From contig JBKPDL010000025.1 of NCBI GenBank assembly GCA_046727855.1, positions 15,697 through 79,696 of the forward strand: a DNA stretch of 64,000 nucleotides, in the 5' to 3' direction. Shown here piece by piece: positions 19,584-28,717 of this stretch. Position 1 is the stretch's first letter. Each line of letters opens with the position of its first letter. The stretch is from Acidobacteriota bacterium. GTDB lineage: Bacteria; Acidobacteriota; Vicinamibacteria; Vicinamibacterales; UBA2999. A model generated the notes under the pieces. That model did not search any database. It saw only the letters and a list, made by a program, of their open reading frames with translations, and was not told the origin of the DNA. The translations under genes and the position numbers were made by a program.

Positions 19584-20861
19584 TCACCCAGCCTTCGGCA
19601 ATGTCACCACAAATGACGCTCCACGCCGATCGTTGTTTGCGACGGCAATCGTGCCGCCGTGCGCCTCGACAATGCGTTTCGAGATGCTGAGACCCAGACC
19701 ATACCCGCCTGTCTTCTTGGAGCGCGAACGATCTACACGAAAGAACGGTTCGAAGAGGCTCGGGATGTCGCGATCAGGAATGCCCGGGCCATCATCCGTG
19801 ATGCGAATGATGACGCGGTCGCCATTCTGAGTAGCCGACACCTCGACGGCGCGGCTGTCAGCCAGAGAGTACTTGACGGCGTTTTCCACGAGATTGCGCA
19901 AAACCCTGCGTAGCTTCTCTGCGTCAATATCGACCGGAATCTCTTGCGACGTCGAGGCGACACGGACGCCAGGCGGTCTATTGTAAAAACTCTCCCCGAT
20001 GTCGCGCAGAATCGGCACGAGATCCTGACGTGCGGGGTTGACGCCGCGACCGCCGCGAAGCCGTTCCAATTCGAGCAGCTCCGCGATCATTCGTTCCATC
20101 TCCGAGACATCCGCGGCCATACCGATTCGTTGCTCGCTCTCTGGCAGCAGTTCGAGTGCGACTTTCATGCGCGTCAGGGGCGACCGAAGCTCGTGACTGA
20201 CATCCAGCAGAAGTTGATCCCGGGCGGCGATCATCTCCCGCACGCGACCGACCATCTGGTTGAACGCGCCGGTCAGTCGGCCGAACTCGTCGCGCCTCTC
20301 GTTGGGGAGGACGACATCCAGCTCGCCGCCGCCCAGCCGGGCCACGCCTTCGTTGAGCACTCGCAACGGCTGCAGCAGGCCCCGCAACACCGAGTGGGCC
20401 ACAAGGATCACCGCAGCCATGAGTACGAAGAGCAGAATCAGGACCGTGAGATGAGCCTCATACATCCGGCCGCCAAGATTCCAGGCGAATAGGTATGTGC
20501 CTCCATTTGGTGCGGCTACCACGTAGTAGGTCGGGCGCAGGAGCACACGACTCGCTTGCGGCACTCGCCGCTGCCGTACATCGTCGACGTTCGGCAGATC
20601 GCCAACCGTCGACCAGCTGCCCTCCGGTCCCTCGTAGCGCACCTGGAGATTCAGCTCGTTGGTCAGCCGGTTCGCGGTTGCCAGATCGGGCGACGCAGCC
20701 GCAATCGTGCGCGTGTATTTCTCGAGGACACGATCGATTGCCGAATGGATGCTCGGACTCACGGAGAAGAAAAAGAAGGCGCCTACCAGGAGCAGCAAAC
20801 TGGCCGCCATGGCCACCATGATGGCCACGAGCTTGGCGAACACCGATTCACGGTCAATCAT
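19584..20861 (-). CDS. Sensor histidine kinase (HAMP, HisKA, HATPase_c)
   Basis: H-box LLLDVSHELRSPLT and the G-box GGYGLGLSISKRIVEAHGG. Start at MIDRES (20861), overlapping the upstream RR stop by 8 nt. Confidence 0.9.
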   Translation of the reverse strand: MIDRESVFAKLVAIMVAMAASLLLLVGAFFFFSVSPSIHSAIDRVLEKYTRTIAAASPDLATANRLTNELNLQVRYEGPEGSWSTVGDLPNVDDVRQRRVPQASRVLLRPTYYVVAAPNGGTYLFAWNLGGRMYEAHLTVLILLFVLMAAVILVAHSVLRGLLQPLRVLNEGVARLGGGELDVVLPNERRDEFGRLTGAFNQMVGRVREMIAARDQLLLDVSHELRSPLTRMKVALELLPESEQRIGMAADVSEMERMIAELLELERLRGGRGVNPARQDLVPILRDIGESFYNRPPGVRVASTSQEIPVDIDAEKLRRVLRNLVENAVKYSLADSRAVEVSATQNGDRVIIRITDDGPGIPDRDIPSLFEPFFRVDRSRSKKTGGYGLGLSISKRIVEAHGGTIAVANNDRRGASFVVTLPKAG

Positions 20862-21615
20862 GGCCGCCTCCCGTGAAGCTGTAGCCAACCCCGCGCACGG
20901 TCCGGATGAATGTCGAATGTTTGGCGTCGTCGCCGATCTTCTGGCGCACACGACTGATGAGCACATCGATGGAGCGGTCGTATGCTTCCGCGTCGGTGCC
21001 GCGCAGGGCTTCCATGATGCGGTCTCGACTGAGGACACGTCCGCGGTTTCGCAGGAGGAATCCGAGAACCTCGAACTCGGCAGTGGTCAACGCGAGTGTT
21101 CGCCCGTTCAATGAGGCCGACCGGCTTGTCCAGTTCACCTCCAGTGGGCCCATCCGCACGATTTCCTCGCTCTCGTGTGCGCCCCGGCGCAGTACGGCCT
21201 GCATTCGCGCGACGAGCTCACGCGGCTCAAACGGCTTCGGCAGATAGTCATCTGCGCCCAGCTCGAGCCCGACGATGCGGTCGGCGACATCGCCACGCGC
21301 GGTGAGCATGATGATCGGAATGCGACTCTGTTCGCGAACCTTGCGGCAGACGGTAAGCCCGTCGGTGCCGGGAAGCATGATGTCGAGCACCAGAATGTCG
21401 GGCGGATCGGCCTTCAGTGCGCGCATCCCGTCCTGAGGATCCGGCACGGCGCGCACGGAGTAGCCAAAGCGACCGAGATATTCGGTCAAGAGCGCGCTCA
21501 GCCGTTCGTCATCGTCGATGATTAGCACACGCGCACCTGTGGATGGACGGTTTATCGCCGTGTCTTCCGCGTTGCTGCTCTTGTCGTCGCCGGCGTTGAC
21601 CTTTCCTTTTCTCAT
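20854..21615 (-). CDS. OmpR/PhoB-family response regulator
   Basis: RVLIIDDDE...DILVLDIMLPG...MLTARG...DDYLPKPFEPRELV, then a winged helix (LTTAEFEVL...GVGYSF). Confidence 0.9.
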   Translation of the reverse strand: MRKGKVNAGDDKSSNAEDTAINRPSTGARVLIIDDDERLSALLTEYLGRFGYSVRAVPDPQDGMRALKADPPDILVLDIMLPGTDGLTVCRKVREQSRIPIIMLTARGDVADRIVGLELGADDYLPKPFEPRELVARMQAVLRRGAHESEEIVRMGPLEVNWTSRSASLNGRTLALTTAEFEVLGFLLRNRGRVLSRDRIMEALRGTDAEAYDRSIDVLISRVRQKIGDDAKHSTFIRTVRGVGYSFTGGGHD

Positions 21616-21809
21616 AGGTACGTGAGCGCTTCGTGTCCCTGGTCAGGATACGTGCAAGTGATGCTGATCTGCTGTCCAGGCGGGACGATGCTCGCTTGGA
21701 TGATGCTCCATGTTTCCACGTGCATCAGGGCTATAAACGGTTCCGTCTGACAACCGAGTGTCAGGGACAAACGTTGCTCGATTGTTGCTGGAACGTAAGG
21801 AAATGAAAT

Positions 21810-23045
21810 TCACTCGGTCCGCAGCGCCTGAATCGGAGGAATCAGCGACGCCCTTCGCGCGGGAAGCGCCCCGAAGCCAAGGCCGATCGTCAGCGCCATG
21901 CCAAGCGAGACGAAGAGCGCCTCCCACGGAACGCCGATCTTCCAGCTCGTGCTGAGTGCCACAACCGTTGCCCCAGTGCCCCCCAGCACGAGTCCGACCG
22001 TCCAACCACCGAGCGCCAACAGCGTCGCCTCGAACAGGAATTGGACCAGGATGTCGCGCGGCTGGGCGCCGACGGCCATGCGGAGACCAATCTCACCCGT
22101 GCGTTCTCTGACCGACATCAGCATGAGCGCGAGGATGCCCATCCCGCCCACGATTAGGGCGACCGCGGCCACGCCAGTGGTCAATCGGCGTAGCGTCTCT
22201 GCGGTGTCCTGTTGAAGAGCCAGGAAGGTGGTCGCGTTTTGGACTTCGAAGTCCGCTTGTTCTTCCGGCCCGACGCGATGGCGTTCCCGGAGCAGAGTGC
22301 TGATTTGCCGCTCGGCATCCGCCATCCCGCGCGAGTCGTTGACACTCACGAAAATCGTGTTCAGCCACGTCGCATTGAAGAGGCGACGAAGGGCGGTGCG
22401 GATCGGGACCACGACTTGATTGTCCTCGTCGCCGCCCGCCACAGCGCCTTTCGGCGCAAGCACGCCGATGACGTCGAACGGAATCCCGCCGATGCGAATC
22501 GGCTGGCCAACCGGATTCTCTTCAAAGAGTGCGTCGGCGACCCGCGCGCCAAGCACCGCGACACGACGCGCCAGGCGATTGTCATCGGCGTCGAAAAATC
22601 GACCGCTGTCGATCTGGAACCGGCGCACATCGGGAAACTCCGGAGCCGTGCCGAGCACCTTCGTGGTCATCGCCGATGCGCCAGCTTTCACCTTGACAGG
22701 TGCTTCGATGCCCGGGACGGCCTCGGCGACCGGGCCCAGCGCGGCAATCGCGTCAAAGTCGTCCAATCGAAGTGTGGTGACGGTTCCCTTCACGCCCTTT
22801 CGCGCAACGAACCGCTTGACTTGCGCGGGTCTCACTACCAGTAGGTTCGCGCCGATGTTCTCGATCTGGCGGCGGATTTCGGCCTCCGCGCCTGTGCCGA
22901 TCGCACTCGTGAGCACAATAGCGGCGACACCCGCCGTCACGCTCGAGACCGCGAGGGCTGCCCGGACGCGATGTGCCAGAAAGGCCTTGAGCCCCGGGCG
23001 GACACTGCGGCCCGCCCTGAGCGTCGTCGAAGGGCGGAGCCTCAT
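21810..23045 (-). CDS. ABC transporter permease, MacB/FtsX family (second permease)
   Basis: N-terminal TM, large periplasmic domain and C-terminal FtsX 3-TM bundle (...GIGVPWEALFVSLGMALTIGLGFGALPARRASLIPPIQALR). ATGA overlap with the upstream gene. Confidence 0.85.
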   Translation of the reverse strand: MRLRPSTTLRAGRSVRPGLKAFLAHRVRAALAVSSVTAGVAAIVLTSAIGTGAEAEIRRQIENIGANLLVVRPAQVKRFVARKGVKGTVTTLRLDDFDAIAALGPVAEAVPGIEAPVKVKAGASAMTTKVLGTAPEFPDVRRFQIDSGRFFDADDNRLARRVAVLGARVADALFEENPVGQPIRIGGIPFDVIGVLAPKGAVAGGDEDNQVVVPIRTALRRLFNATWLNTIFVSVNDSRGMADAERQISTLLRERHRVGPEEQADFEVQNATTFLALQQDTAETLRRLTTGVAAVALIVGGMGILALMLMSVRERTGEIGLRMAVGAQPRDILVQFLFEATLLALGGWTVGLVLGGTGATVVALSTSWKIGVPWEALFVSLGMALTIGLGFGALPARRASLIPPIQALRTE

Positions 23046-24250
23046 CGGAGCGCGACAGCAGGATGCAACTGCGCTGCGCGGCGCGCCGGGAGGACGCCAG
23101 CCAGAACTCCGGTGGCTGCCGCGGCGAGCATCCCAACGAGCACCGCCTCCCACGAGAATGGATCGCCCAATTGCATCCTTTCAGCGACAAGCCGCGCACC
23201 CGCGTATCCGAGCAGCAGGCCGCCGAGGCCGCCGATCAAAATCATGGCTGCAGTTTCGGTCGCAAACTGCAGCCGAATGTCTTCAGGCCGGGCACCGATG
23301 GCACGACGCAAGCCGATTTCTGTGATGCGCTGATTGACGGACGAGAGCATCAGCGTGGCCGCGACGATGCCGGCGACAAGCAGGACGACGGCGGCCACCA
23401 TCGGCACCAACAGAAATAGTACGCGCCGAATCCACGCCATCATCTTTCGCACCTCGACGGTCGTCACGATCCTGAAATCGTCGGGTTCGTCCGACATCAG
23501 CGCATGACGGTCGCGCAAGATGCGCCCGACTTCGCCTGCGATCGCTTCTTCCTGATCCGGATTCTTCACCAGCAGCTTGGCCGCCGCGATCGTGTCGACG
23601 TTTGTGAGCCGGCGCATCAGTGTCGAAATCGGGACGACGATTTCATTGTCGCGATCCATCCCATGCATGTCAGTCCCAAACGGCTCGAGCACACCAATCA
23701 CCTGAAAGGAAACGGCACCGATCCGGATCTCGGCATTCAGCGGGTCCTCTTGTCCAAACAACGTCCGCGCAATGGTGTCGCCGATGACCGCCACTCGGGC
23801 GGCGGCGGTGACGGCCGCAGCGTCAAAGTACTCCCCACGTTGCACCGCCCGCGCCCACACGCGCTCGCCTCGCTCGGACTGCCCCAGGACGCGCACGGTG
23901 GCCGTGATGTCCCGATACCGCACGACGCTCGAGAGGTCCTGCTGGGGATCCCACGCCTCGATGCCGTCGAGCCCGGCTGCGACCGCGCTCAAGTCGTCGA
24001 TCGTCAGCCGTGAGGCGCCGGCTCGCGGGCTCCCCATGATGCGACTCCCGCCCGAGATCACGAGAATGGATGAATCACCCAAGATCTGCCGAAGGGTCTT
24101 CAACATCTTGGCCTGCACGCCCTGGCCGAGCGATACGACGAGTGTCAGAGCGGCCACTCCCATCAAACTCCCGAGCATCACGAACGCGCTCCGCAGCGGA
24201 TATCGGGCCATCGCGCGCATGCTGTGTGTCACGAGACGCATCGTCCTCAT
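23042..24250 (-). CDS. ABC transporter permease, MacB/FtsX family (first permease)
   Basis: 402 aa with the same architecture, ending ...GVLAGVLPARRAAQLHPAVALR. Confidence 0.85.
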   Translation of the reverse strand: MRTMRLVTHSMRAMARYPLRSAFVMLGSLMGVAALTLVVSLGQGVQAKMLKTLRQILGDSSILVISGGSRIMGSPRAGASRLTIDDLSAVAAGLDGIEAWDPQQDLSSVVRYRDITATVRVLGQSERGERVWARAVQRGEYFDAAAVTAAARVAVIGDTIARTLFGQEDPLNAEIRIGAVSFQVIGVLEPFGTDMHGMDRDNEIVVPISTLMRRLTNVDTIAAAKLLVKNPDQEEAIAGEVGRILRDRHALMSDEPDDFRIVTTVEVRKMMAWIRRVLFLLVPMVAAVVLLVAGIVAATLMLSSVNQRITEIGLRRAIGARPEDIRLQFATETAAMILIGGLGGLLLGYAGARLVAERMQLGDPFSWEAVLVGMLAAAATGVLAGVLPARRAAQLHPAVALR

Positions 24251-24984
24251 CGCACTTCCGTGCCCTGAGCGACGTCGAAGGGCTCCAGCATCGTCGTGAG
24301 TGGCGCTTGCTGAGCATCTGCAATCACACGGCCCCGCTCGAGTCGCACGACACGCCGGGCGTGCGTCGCCATGGCGGGATCGTGCGTGACCAGGACAATC
24401 GTGCGGCCGGACTGGCTCAGCGTCTGAAAGATCCGCATGATTTCGCCGGCCGACTGCGGATCCAGGTTTCCGGTGGGTTCGTCAGCCAACAAGAGATCCG
24501 GGTTGTTGACGAGCGCCCGCGCGATGGCGACGCGCTGCTGCTCGCCACCAGACAGTTCGGACGGTGTGTGATGCACGCGCTCGGCGAGGCCGACCGCCTC
24601 GAGCGCCTTGCGGCCAAGACCGTTCGTCGACGTGCGATCGGAATACAGCAGCGGCAGCTCGACGTTCTCGAGCGCGCTCGTCCTCGGCAGGAGATGAAAC
24701 GCCTGGAACACGAACCCGACATTCTTGTTCCGGAAGCGGGCCTGCTGGGCGACGCTCAGGTCCGAGACATCGCGCCCATCGAACAAGTACCGTCCAGTGG
24801 TCGGCGCGTCGAGGAGCCCGAGGATGTTCATCAGGGTGGACTTGCCCGATCCTGAGGCGCCGACGACGGCCGCGAATTCACCGCGGTCGATCCGCAGCGA
24901 GACATCGGACAACGCCTGGACGGTCTCGCCGGTCGGTCGCGTATACGTTTTACCGATCGCGTGCAGCTCGATCATCGATGACAT
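24247..24984 (-). CDS. ABC transporter ATP-binding protein (MacB/LolD-type)
   Basis: Walker [10 protein letters not shown], signature [15 protein letters not shown] and Walker [13 protein letters not shown]. Confidence 0.95.
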   Translation of the reverse strand: MSSMIELHAIGKTYTRPTGETVQALSDVSLRIDRGEFAAVVGASGSGKSTLMNILGLLDAPTTGRYLFDGRDVSDLSVAQQARFRNKNVGFVFQAFHLLPRTSALENVELPLLYSDRTSTNGLGRKALEAVGLAERVHHTPSELSGGEQQRVAIARALVNNPDLLLADEPTGNLDPQSAGEIMRIFQTLSQSGRTIVLVTHDPAMATHARRVVRLERGRVIADAQQAPLTTMLEPFDVAQGTEVR

Positions 24985-26047
24985 CCTCTTTGTTCACATC
25001 GCCGATTAACACCTCGTCGCCTTCGCGCAAACCGTCGACGATTTCCCAGTACGACTCGTCCCGGCCGCCGGTGGTCACCAGCCGCCGTTCGATGGCGTCG
25101 CCGCGCCGGGACAAGACGAATGCTCCGTCACCATCCCGACGCACCGCACGAATGGGCAGCGCCAGCACGTTCTCGCGCGTGTCAAGCGCGATGCGAACGG
25201 TTGTTGTCATTTCAGGACGGAGCGTTCGATCGCGCGGCGGCTCGAATCGCACCACCGTGACGTAATTCACGACGTTGTCCCGAATCTCCGCTTTCGGATA
25301 CACGGCAGTGACCTGCCCCTCGAACTCGTGGTCGCCGTAGGTGTCCACGGTAAATTTGGCACCGCGTCCGATACGAATCCGTCCAATGTCGGTTTCATCC
25401 ACGTAAGCCCAGACTTCGAGGCGCGAGAGGTCGATCAGCGTCACGAACGTCGGCGCTGCAAAGCTGGCCGCGACCGTCTCACCTTCCTGTGTCGAGACTG
25501 ACGCGACGACGCCAGCGATTGGTGCGATGATCTGGGCGTAGGCGAGCTGCGTCGTCGCGTACTCGAGGCTTGCTTGTGCGGCGCTGACCTGCTGTTCGGC
25601 CACGGCTGCGGCGCGCTCCGCCAGATCGAGGTCGATCCGTGCCACTGCGCCCGCCTCGTTGAGCTGACGCTTACGCTGAAGATCGGTCCGCGCGTAGCTC
25701 AGATTCACATCCGCTTGTTGCAACGCGGCGGCGGCCTCGTTGCGGCGAGCGATGAGGTCACGGTCGTCGAGTTCTGCGAGCAGCTGTCCTTTGTTAATGC
25801 GGTCTCCGATCCGGACGTACAGGCGTTTCACGACCCCGGAAATCCGGGAACCGACACGAACTTCGGCGCCCACGCGCGGCTTGATAATCCCCGTGGCTTT
25901 GACAACGGACCCGACGTCTCGCCGGACCACGCGCACCACACCCGCCGCCGCGTTATCCTCCGATTGGGTCCACACCGCGCGGCCCCACAGGAACGCCGCG
26001 ACAGCGATCGCTGCCAGTGCGACGGCCGCAAACGTCAACTTTCTCAA
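24950..26047 (-). CDS. HlyD/MacA-type periplasmic adaptor subunit
   Basis: Signal anchor, lipoyl-like motif (RIGDRINKGQLLAELD), coiled coil and beta-barrel pattern. Confidence 0.85.
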   Translation of the reverse strand: MRKLTFAAVALAAIAVAAFLWGRAVWTQSEDNAAAGVVRVVRRDVGSVVKATGIIKPRVGAEVRVGSRISGVVKRLYVRIGDRINKGQLLAELDDRDLIARRNEAAAALQQADVNLSYARTDLQRKRQLNEAGAVARIDLDLAERAAAVAEQQVSAAQASLEYATTQLAYAQIIAPIAGVVASVSTQEGETVAASFAAPTFVTLIDLSRLEVWAYVDETDIGRIRIGRGAKFTVDTYGDHEFEGQVTAVYPKAEIRDNVVNYVTVVRFEPPRDRTLRPEMTTTVRIALDTRENVLALPIRAVRRDGDGAFVLSRRGDAIERRLVTTGGRDESYWEIVDGLREGDEVLIGDVNKEDVIDDRAARDR

Positions 26048-26142
26048 TCGCCCTCTACCGCTTCCAGTGTCAGAGCGAGATGTTTCTCAATTGTTTCTGC
26101 GATGTAACTGATTGAAACAGCAGGATCGGCCGATCGAGAAAA

Positions 26143-26886
26143 TCAAGGCGGGCTCACCACAGTCGACTCGGACTCGGTCCAGCTAGCGAGCGCTTCCACG
26201 TCGATGATCTGAAGCCGCCCGCGAGCCATCTGAATCAGCCCCGCGTGTTCGAGCGTCTTGAGCGCTCGCTGGACCACCTCGCGTACTGACCCGACCATCG
26301 CGGCAATCTCGTCTTGTGTGTATTCGGGACTCGAGCTGGCCGGCGCCTCGACGAGTGTCTGGCTCCCACGTGCGCGGTCGACGAGCAGTCGGGCGACGCG
26401 TGCCACAACTGTCCGCAGCGAGAAGTCTTCAACCATTTGCTTATATGCGCGAAGGCGCGAAGCAAAGAGGCGGATGACCTCGATAGCGACGTCGGGATGG
26501 CGTCTCAGAAGATCGAACAGGTCGGCTTGTGGAATGACAACGACTGTGGTGTCCGAGACCGCGATCGCTTCCGCTGGCTGCGGCTCATCGTCGAACACTG
26601 CGATGTCCGCGAACGTGCGTGCCGGTCCGAACACTTTCAAAACCTGTTCACGGCCCTCCTCGGATCTGATCACGGTTCGCACGCCGCCGCTGAGGACGAT
26701 GCACAGTCCTTCGGACTGGTCGCCCCTCTGGAAGATCACGTCGCCCGCTTGATAGTGGCGTTCGCGCAGGCCGGTTGCAAGCGCGTTGAGCTCGGCTGCA
26801 GGCAGTGCGCCAAAGTACGGGATCTGTCTGAGCAATTCGAGCTTGGCCGCGAGATCCATACCAGCTGTCGTTGTACGGTTCGACAT
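26143..26886 (-). CDS. Crp/Fnr family transcriptional regulator
   Basis: cNMP-binding domain (YQAGDVIFQRGDQSEGLCIVLSGGV) and a C-terminal HTH (TQDEIAAMVGSVREVVQRALKTLE). Start chosen at the internal ATG. Confidence 0.85.
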   Translation of the reverse strand: MSNRTTTAGMDLAAKLELLRQIPYFGALPAAELNALATGLRERHYQAGDVIFQRGDQSEGLCIVLSGGVRTVIRSEEGREQVLKVFGPARTFADIAVFDDEPQPAEAIAVSDTTVVVIPQADLFDLLRRHPDVAIEVIRLFASRLRAYKQMVEDFSLRTVVARVARLLVDRARGSQTLVEAPASSSPEYTQDEIAAMVGSVREVVQRALKTLEHAGLIQMARGRLQIIDVEALASWTESESTVVSPP

Positions 26887-27210
26887 ATAGCACACGTCGT
26901 GAACCCGCAGTTCCGGTTCGGTGATGGGAATCTTCAATGAGGTGCTCACCGGCCTGCCAGCCGCGGTCGACGCCTGGCAGTTCGGAGGCATTGGCCGATC
27001 GCAAGCGGCACATTCGATCACTTCATCATCGGCGGAAGTCCCATCGTTGGTTATCACACGGGCGGCAAACAGTAAGGCGACGTGTCAGATTCCGGTTGCA
27101 TAACGACGGCCGGGCTGACCGGAAGACGCACGAGCCGAGCCCAAGGATGCGGGCTGAGCCCAGGCGTCGACACCGAATCCTTCATCGTGTTCCAGACGTC
27201 TTTCACCATA

Positions 27211-27365
27211 GAACTAGCCAAGGGCCCTGCCCTTGATATCCGGCTAACTCCGCGGCCCTTGGCTAGTTCTTGTTGTTGGCTTGGCGCACATCCGCGCGCC
27301 GTAGACCGTTATGCGAGTCCACAACGCGTACAAAATTCACGTCTGTGGCCGCATAACGGTCTAAA
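27211..27365 (+). repeat. Copy A of a ~155-nt three-hairpin repeat family
   Basis: 15-bp stem AACTAGCCAAGGGCC/GGCCCTTGGCTAGTT, a GC hairpin GGCGC...GCGCC and a long stem TAGACCGTTATGCG.../...CGCATAACGGTCTA. Nearly identical to 45835-45986 (reverse). Confidence 0.8.
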
Positions 27366-27387
27366 CCCCAGCGAGGGCCCCATCGTC

Positions 27388-27696
27388 ATGAAGCAGACAT
27401 TGATACGCTACCAAACCAAGTCGAATCAATCAGAAGAGAACCAGCGGCTTATCGAGCGCGTGTTCGAAGAATTGCGCGCGAAGGCGCCAGCGGGCGTCCG
27501 CTACCTGACCCTGCGGCTCGACGATCAGTCGTTCGTGCATTTTGTGGAGGTGGACACTCCGGATGGCAGCAACCCCCTCCCCGAACTGGAAGCGTTTCGG
27601 GCGTTCCAGCGCGGTATTCGAGACAGGTGCGTCGAGCCGCCCCACTCAAGTAAGGCCACCATCTTGGGCAACTATCGGATGCTCAGAGAGGGGTGA
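27388..27696 (+). CDS. Small ABM/Dabb-like (ferredoxin-fold) protein
   Basis: 102 aa; MKQTLIRYQTK...RYLTLRLDDQSFVHFVEVD...LEAFRAFQ. The upstream part of ORF 27082.. is only translated repeat. Confidence 0.6.
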   Translation: MKQTLIRYQTKSNQSEENQRLIERVFEELRAKAPAGVRYLTLRLDDQSFVHFVEVDTPDGSNPLPELEAFRAFQRGIRDRCVEPPHSSKATILGNYRMLREG

Positions 27697-28628
27697 GATC
27701 TGCGGGAAACCACGAGGGGACTCTGATCATGAGTGAGGGAACTCCAGGCGGCGAGGACGCCAGAGAATCGTTTCATCGCCTTCTGGTTGAATTGCGTCCT
27801 CGGCTGCATCGTTACTCCGCCCGCGTGACGGGCTCGGTGATCGACGGCGAGGACGTTGTCCAGGAAGCGCTCGTGAAGGCGATCGAGGCCTTCGAGGGGG
27901 CTCGCCCGATCGCCAACCCCGAGGCTTGGCTCTTTCGAATCGCGCACAACACCGCGCTCGACTTTCTGCGGCGCCGCACGCGCCACGCGGCATCGAACTC
28001 CAGCCAGGATGTGGAAACGATGGCAGACACGGTGAATACCAACCGCGATCCGCAGATCACCGCCACGAGTCTCGGGACCTTCATGCGGCTGCCCGTCGCC
28101 CAGCGGAGCAGTGTCATCTTGATGGATGTGCTCGGGTACTCCCTTCGGGAGATCAGCAGCATCATGGACATGACCATCCCAGCCGTGAAGGCGGCCCTGC
28201 ATCGCGGTCGCGCGCGTTTGCGCCAATTTGGGGACCAGCCGGTGGAGCGTCCATTCCCCGTGTTGTCAACCCGACACCGCTCGTTGCTGGCCGCCTATGT
28301 GGACCGTTTCAACGAGCGAGACTTCGACGCGATACGTGAGATGCTCGCGGATGAAGTGCGGCTGGACCTCGTGGCCCGCACCCGAATGAACGGACGGACA
28401 GAGGTGGGGACCTATCTGCACAACTACGCGCAGACGGATGATTGGAAATTTGCCCTCGGCGCGGTCGAGGGCAGGCCGGCGGTCCTCGTGCACGATCCGC
28501 GGAACGGGTCGCCAGTGCCAGCGTACTTTGTGGTCTTGGAGTGGGATGGTGACAAGCTGCTCAGCATTCGCGATTTTCGCTACGCCCGCTATGTGATCGA
28601 CGGCGCAGAATTCACCACGCTGGTCTAG
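27693..28628 (+). CDS. ECF sigma factor with C-terminal SnoaL/NTF2-like extension (ECF41/SigJ-like)
   Basis: Sigma-2 (DGEDVVQEALVKAIE...WLFRIAHNTALDFLRRR), sigma-4 (YSLREISSIMDMTIPAVKAALHRGRARL) and a ~110 aa extension. GTG start overlaps the ABM stop (GTGA); the alternative ATG is at 27729. Confidence 0.85.
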   Translation: MRSAGNHEGTLIMSEGTPGGEDARESFHRLLVELRPRLHRYSARVTGSVIDGEDVVQEALVKAIEAFEGARPIANPEAWLFRIAHNTALDFLRRRTRHAASNSSQDVETMADTVNTNRDPQITATSLGTFMRLPVAQRSSVILMDVLGYSLREISSIMDMTIPAVKAALHRGRARLRQFGDQPVERPFPVLSTRHRSLLAAYVDRFNERDFDAIREMLADEVRLDLVARTRMNGRTEVGTYLHNYAQTDDWKFALGAVEGRPAVLVHDPRNGSPVPAYFVVLEWDGDKLLSIRDFRYARYVIDGAEFTTLV

Positions 28629-28717
28629 GGGCAGCTGACGAAGAGCGCATCCTTTCGCGCAGATGGTTCGTCTTCCAGGCAGGCCGCAAGAATGGTGGCA
28701 GTCAAGGAGAACGAACG

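Noticed and set aside
21616-21809. Hairpin CTGACA-N6-TGTCAG and a GGAACGTAAGGAA segment between the ABC permease gene and the response regulator gene
   Set aside because: The stem is only 6 bp. The GGAAC similarity to the 41.4-kb array is a single occurrence with different spacing, so it may be chance.
27082-27387. Upstream part of ORF 27082..27696, and ORF 45896..46303
   Set aside because: Both merely translate the 155-nt repeat: the same peptide LAKGPALDIRLTPRPLASSCCWLGA appears in both. They are not protein-coding.
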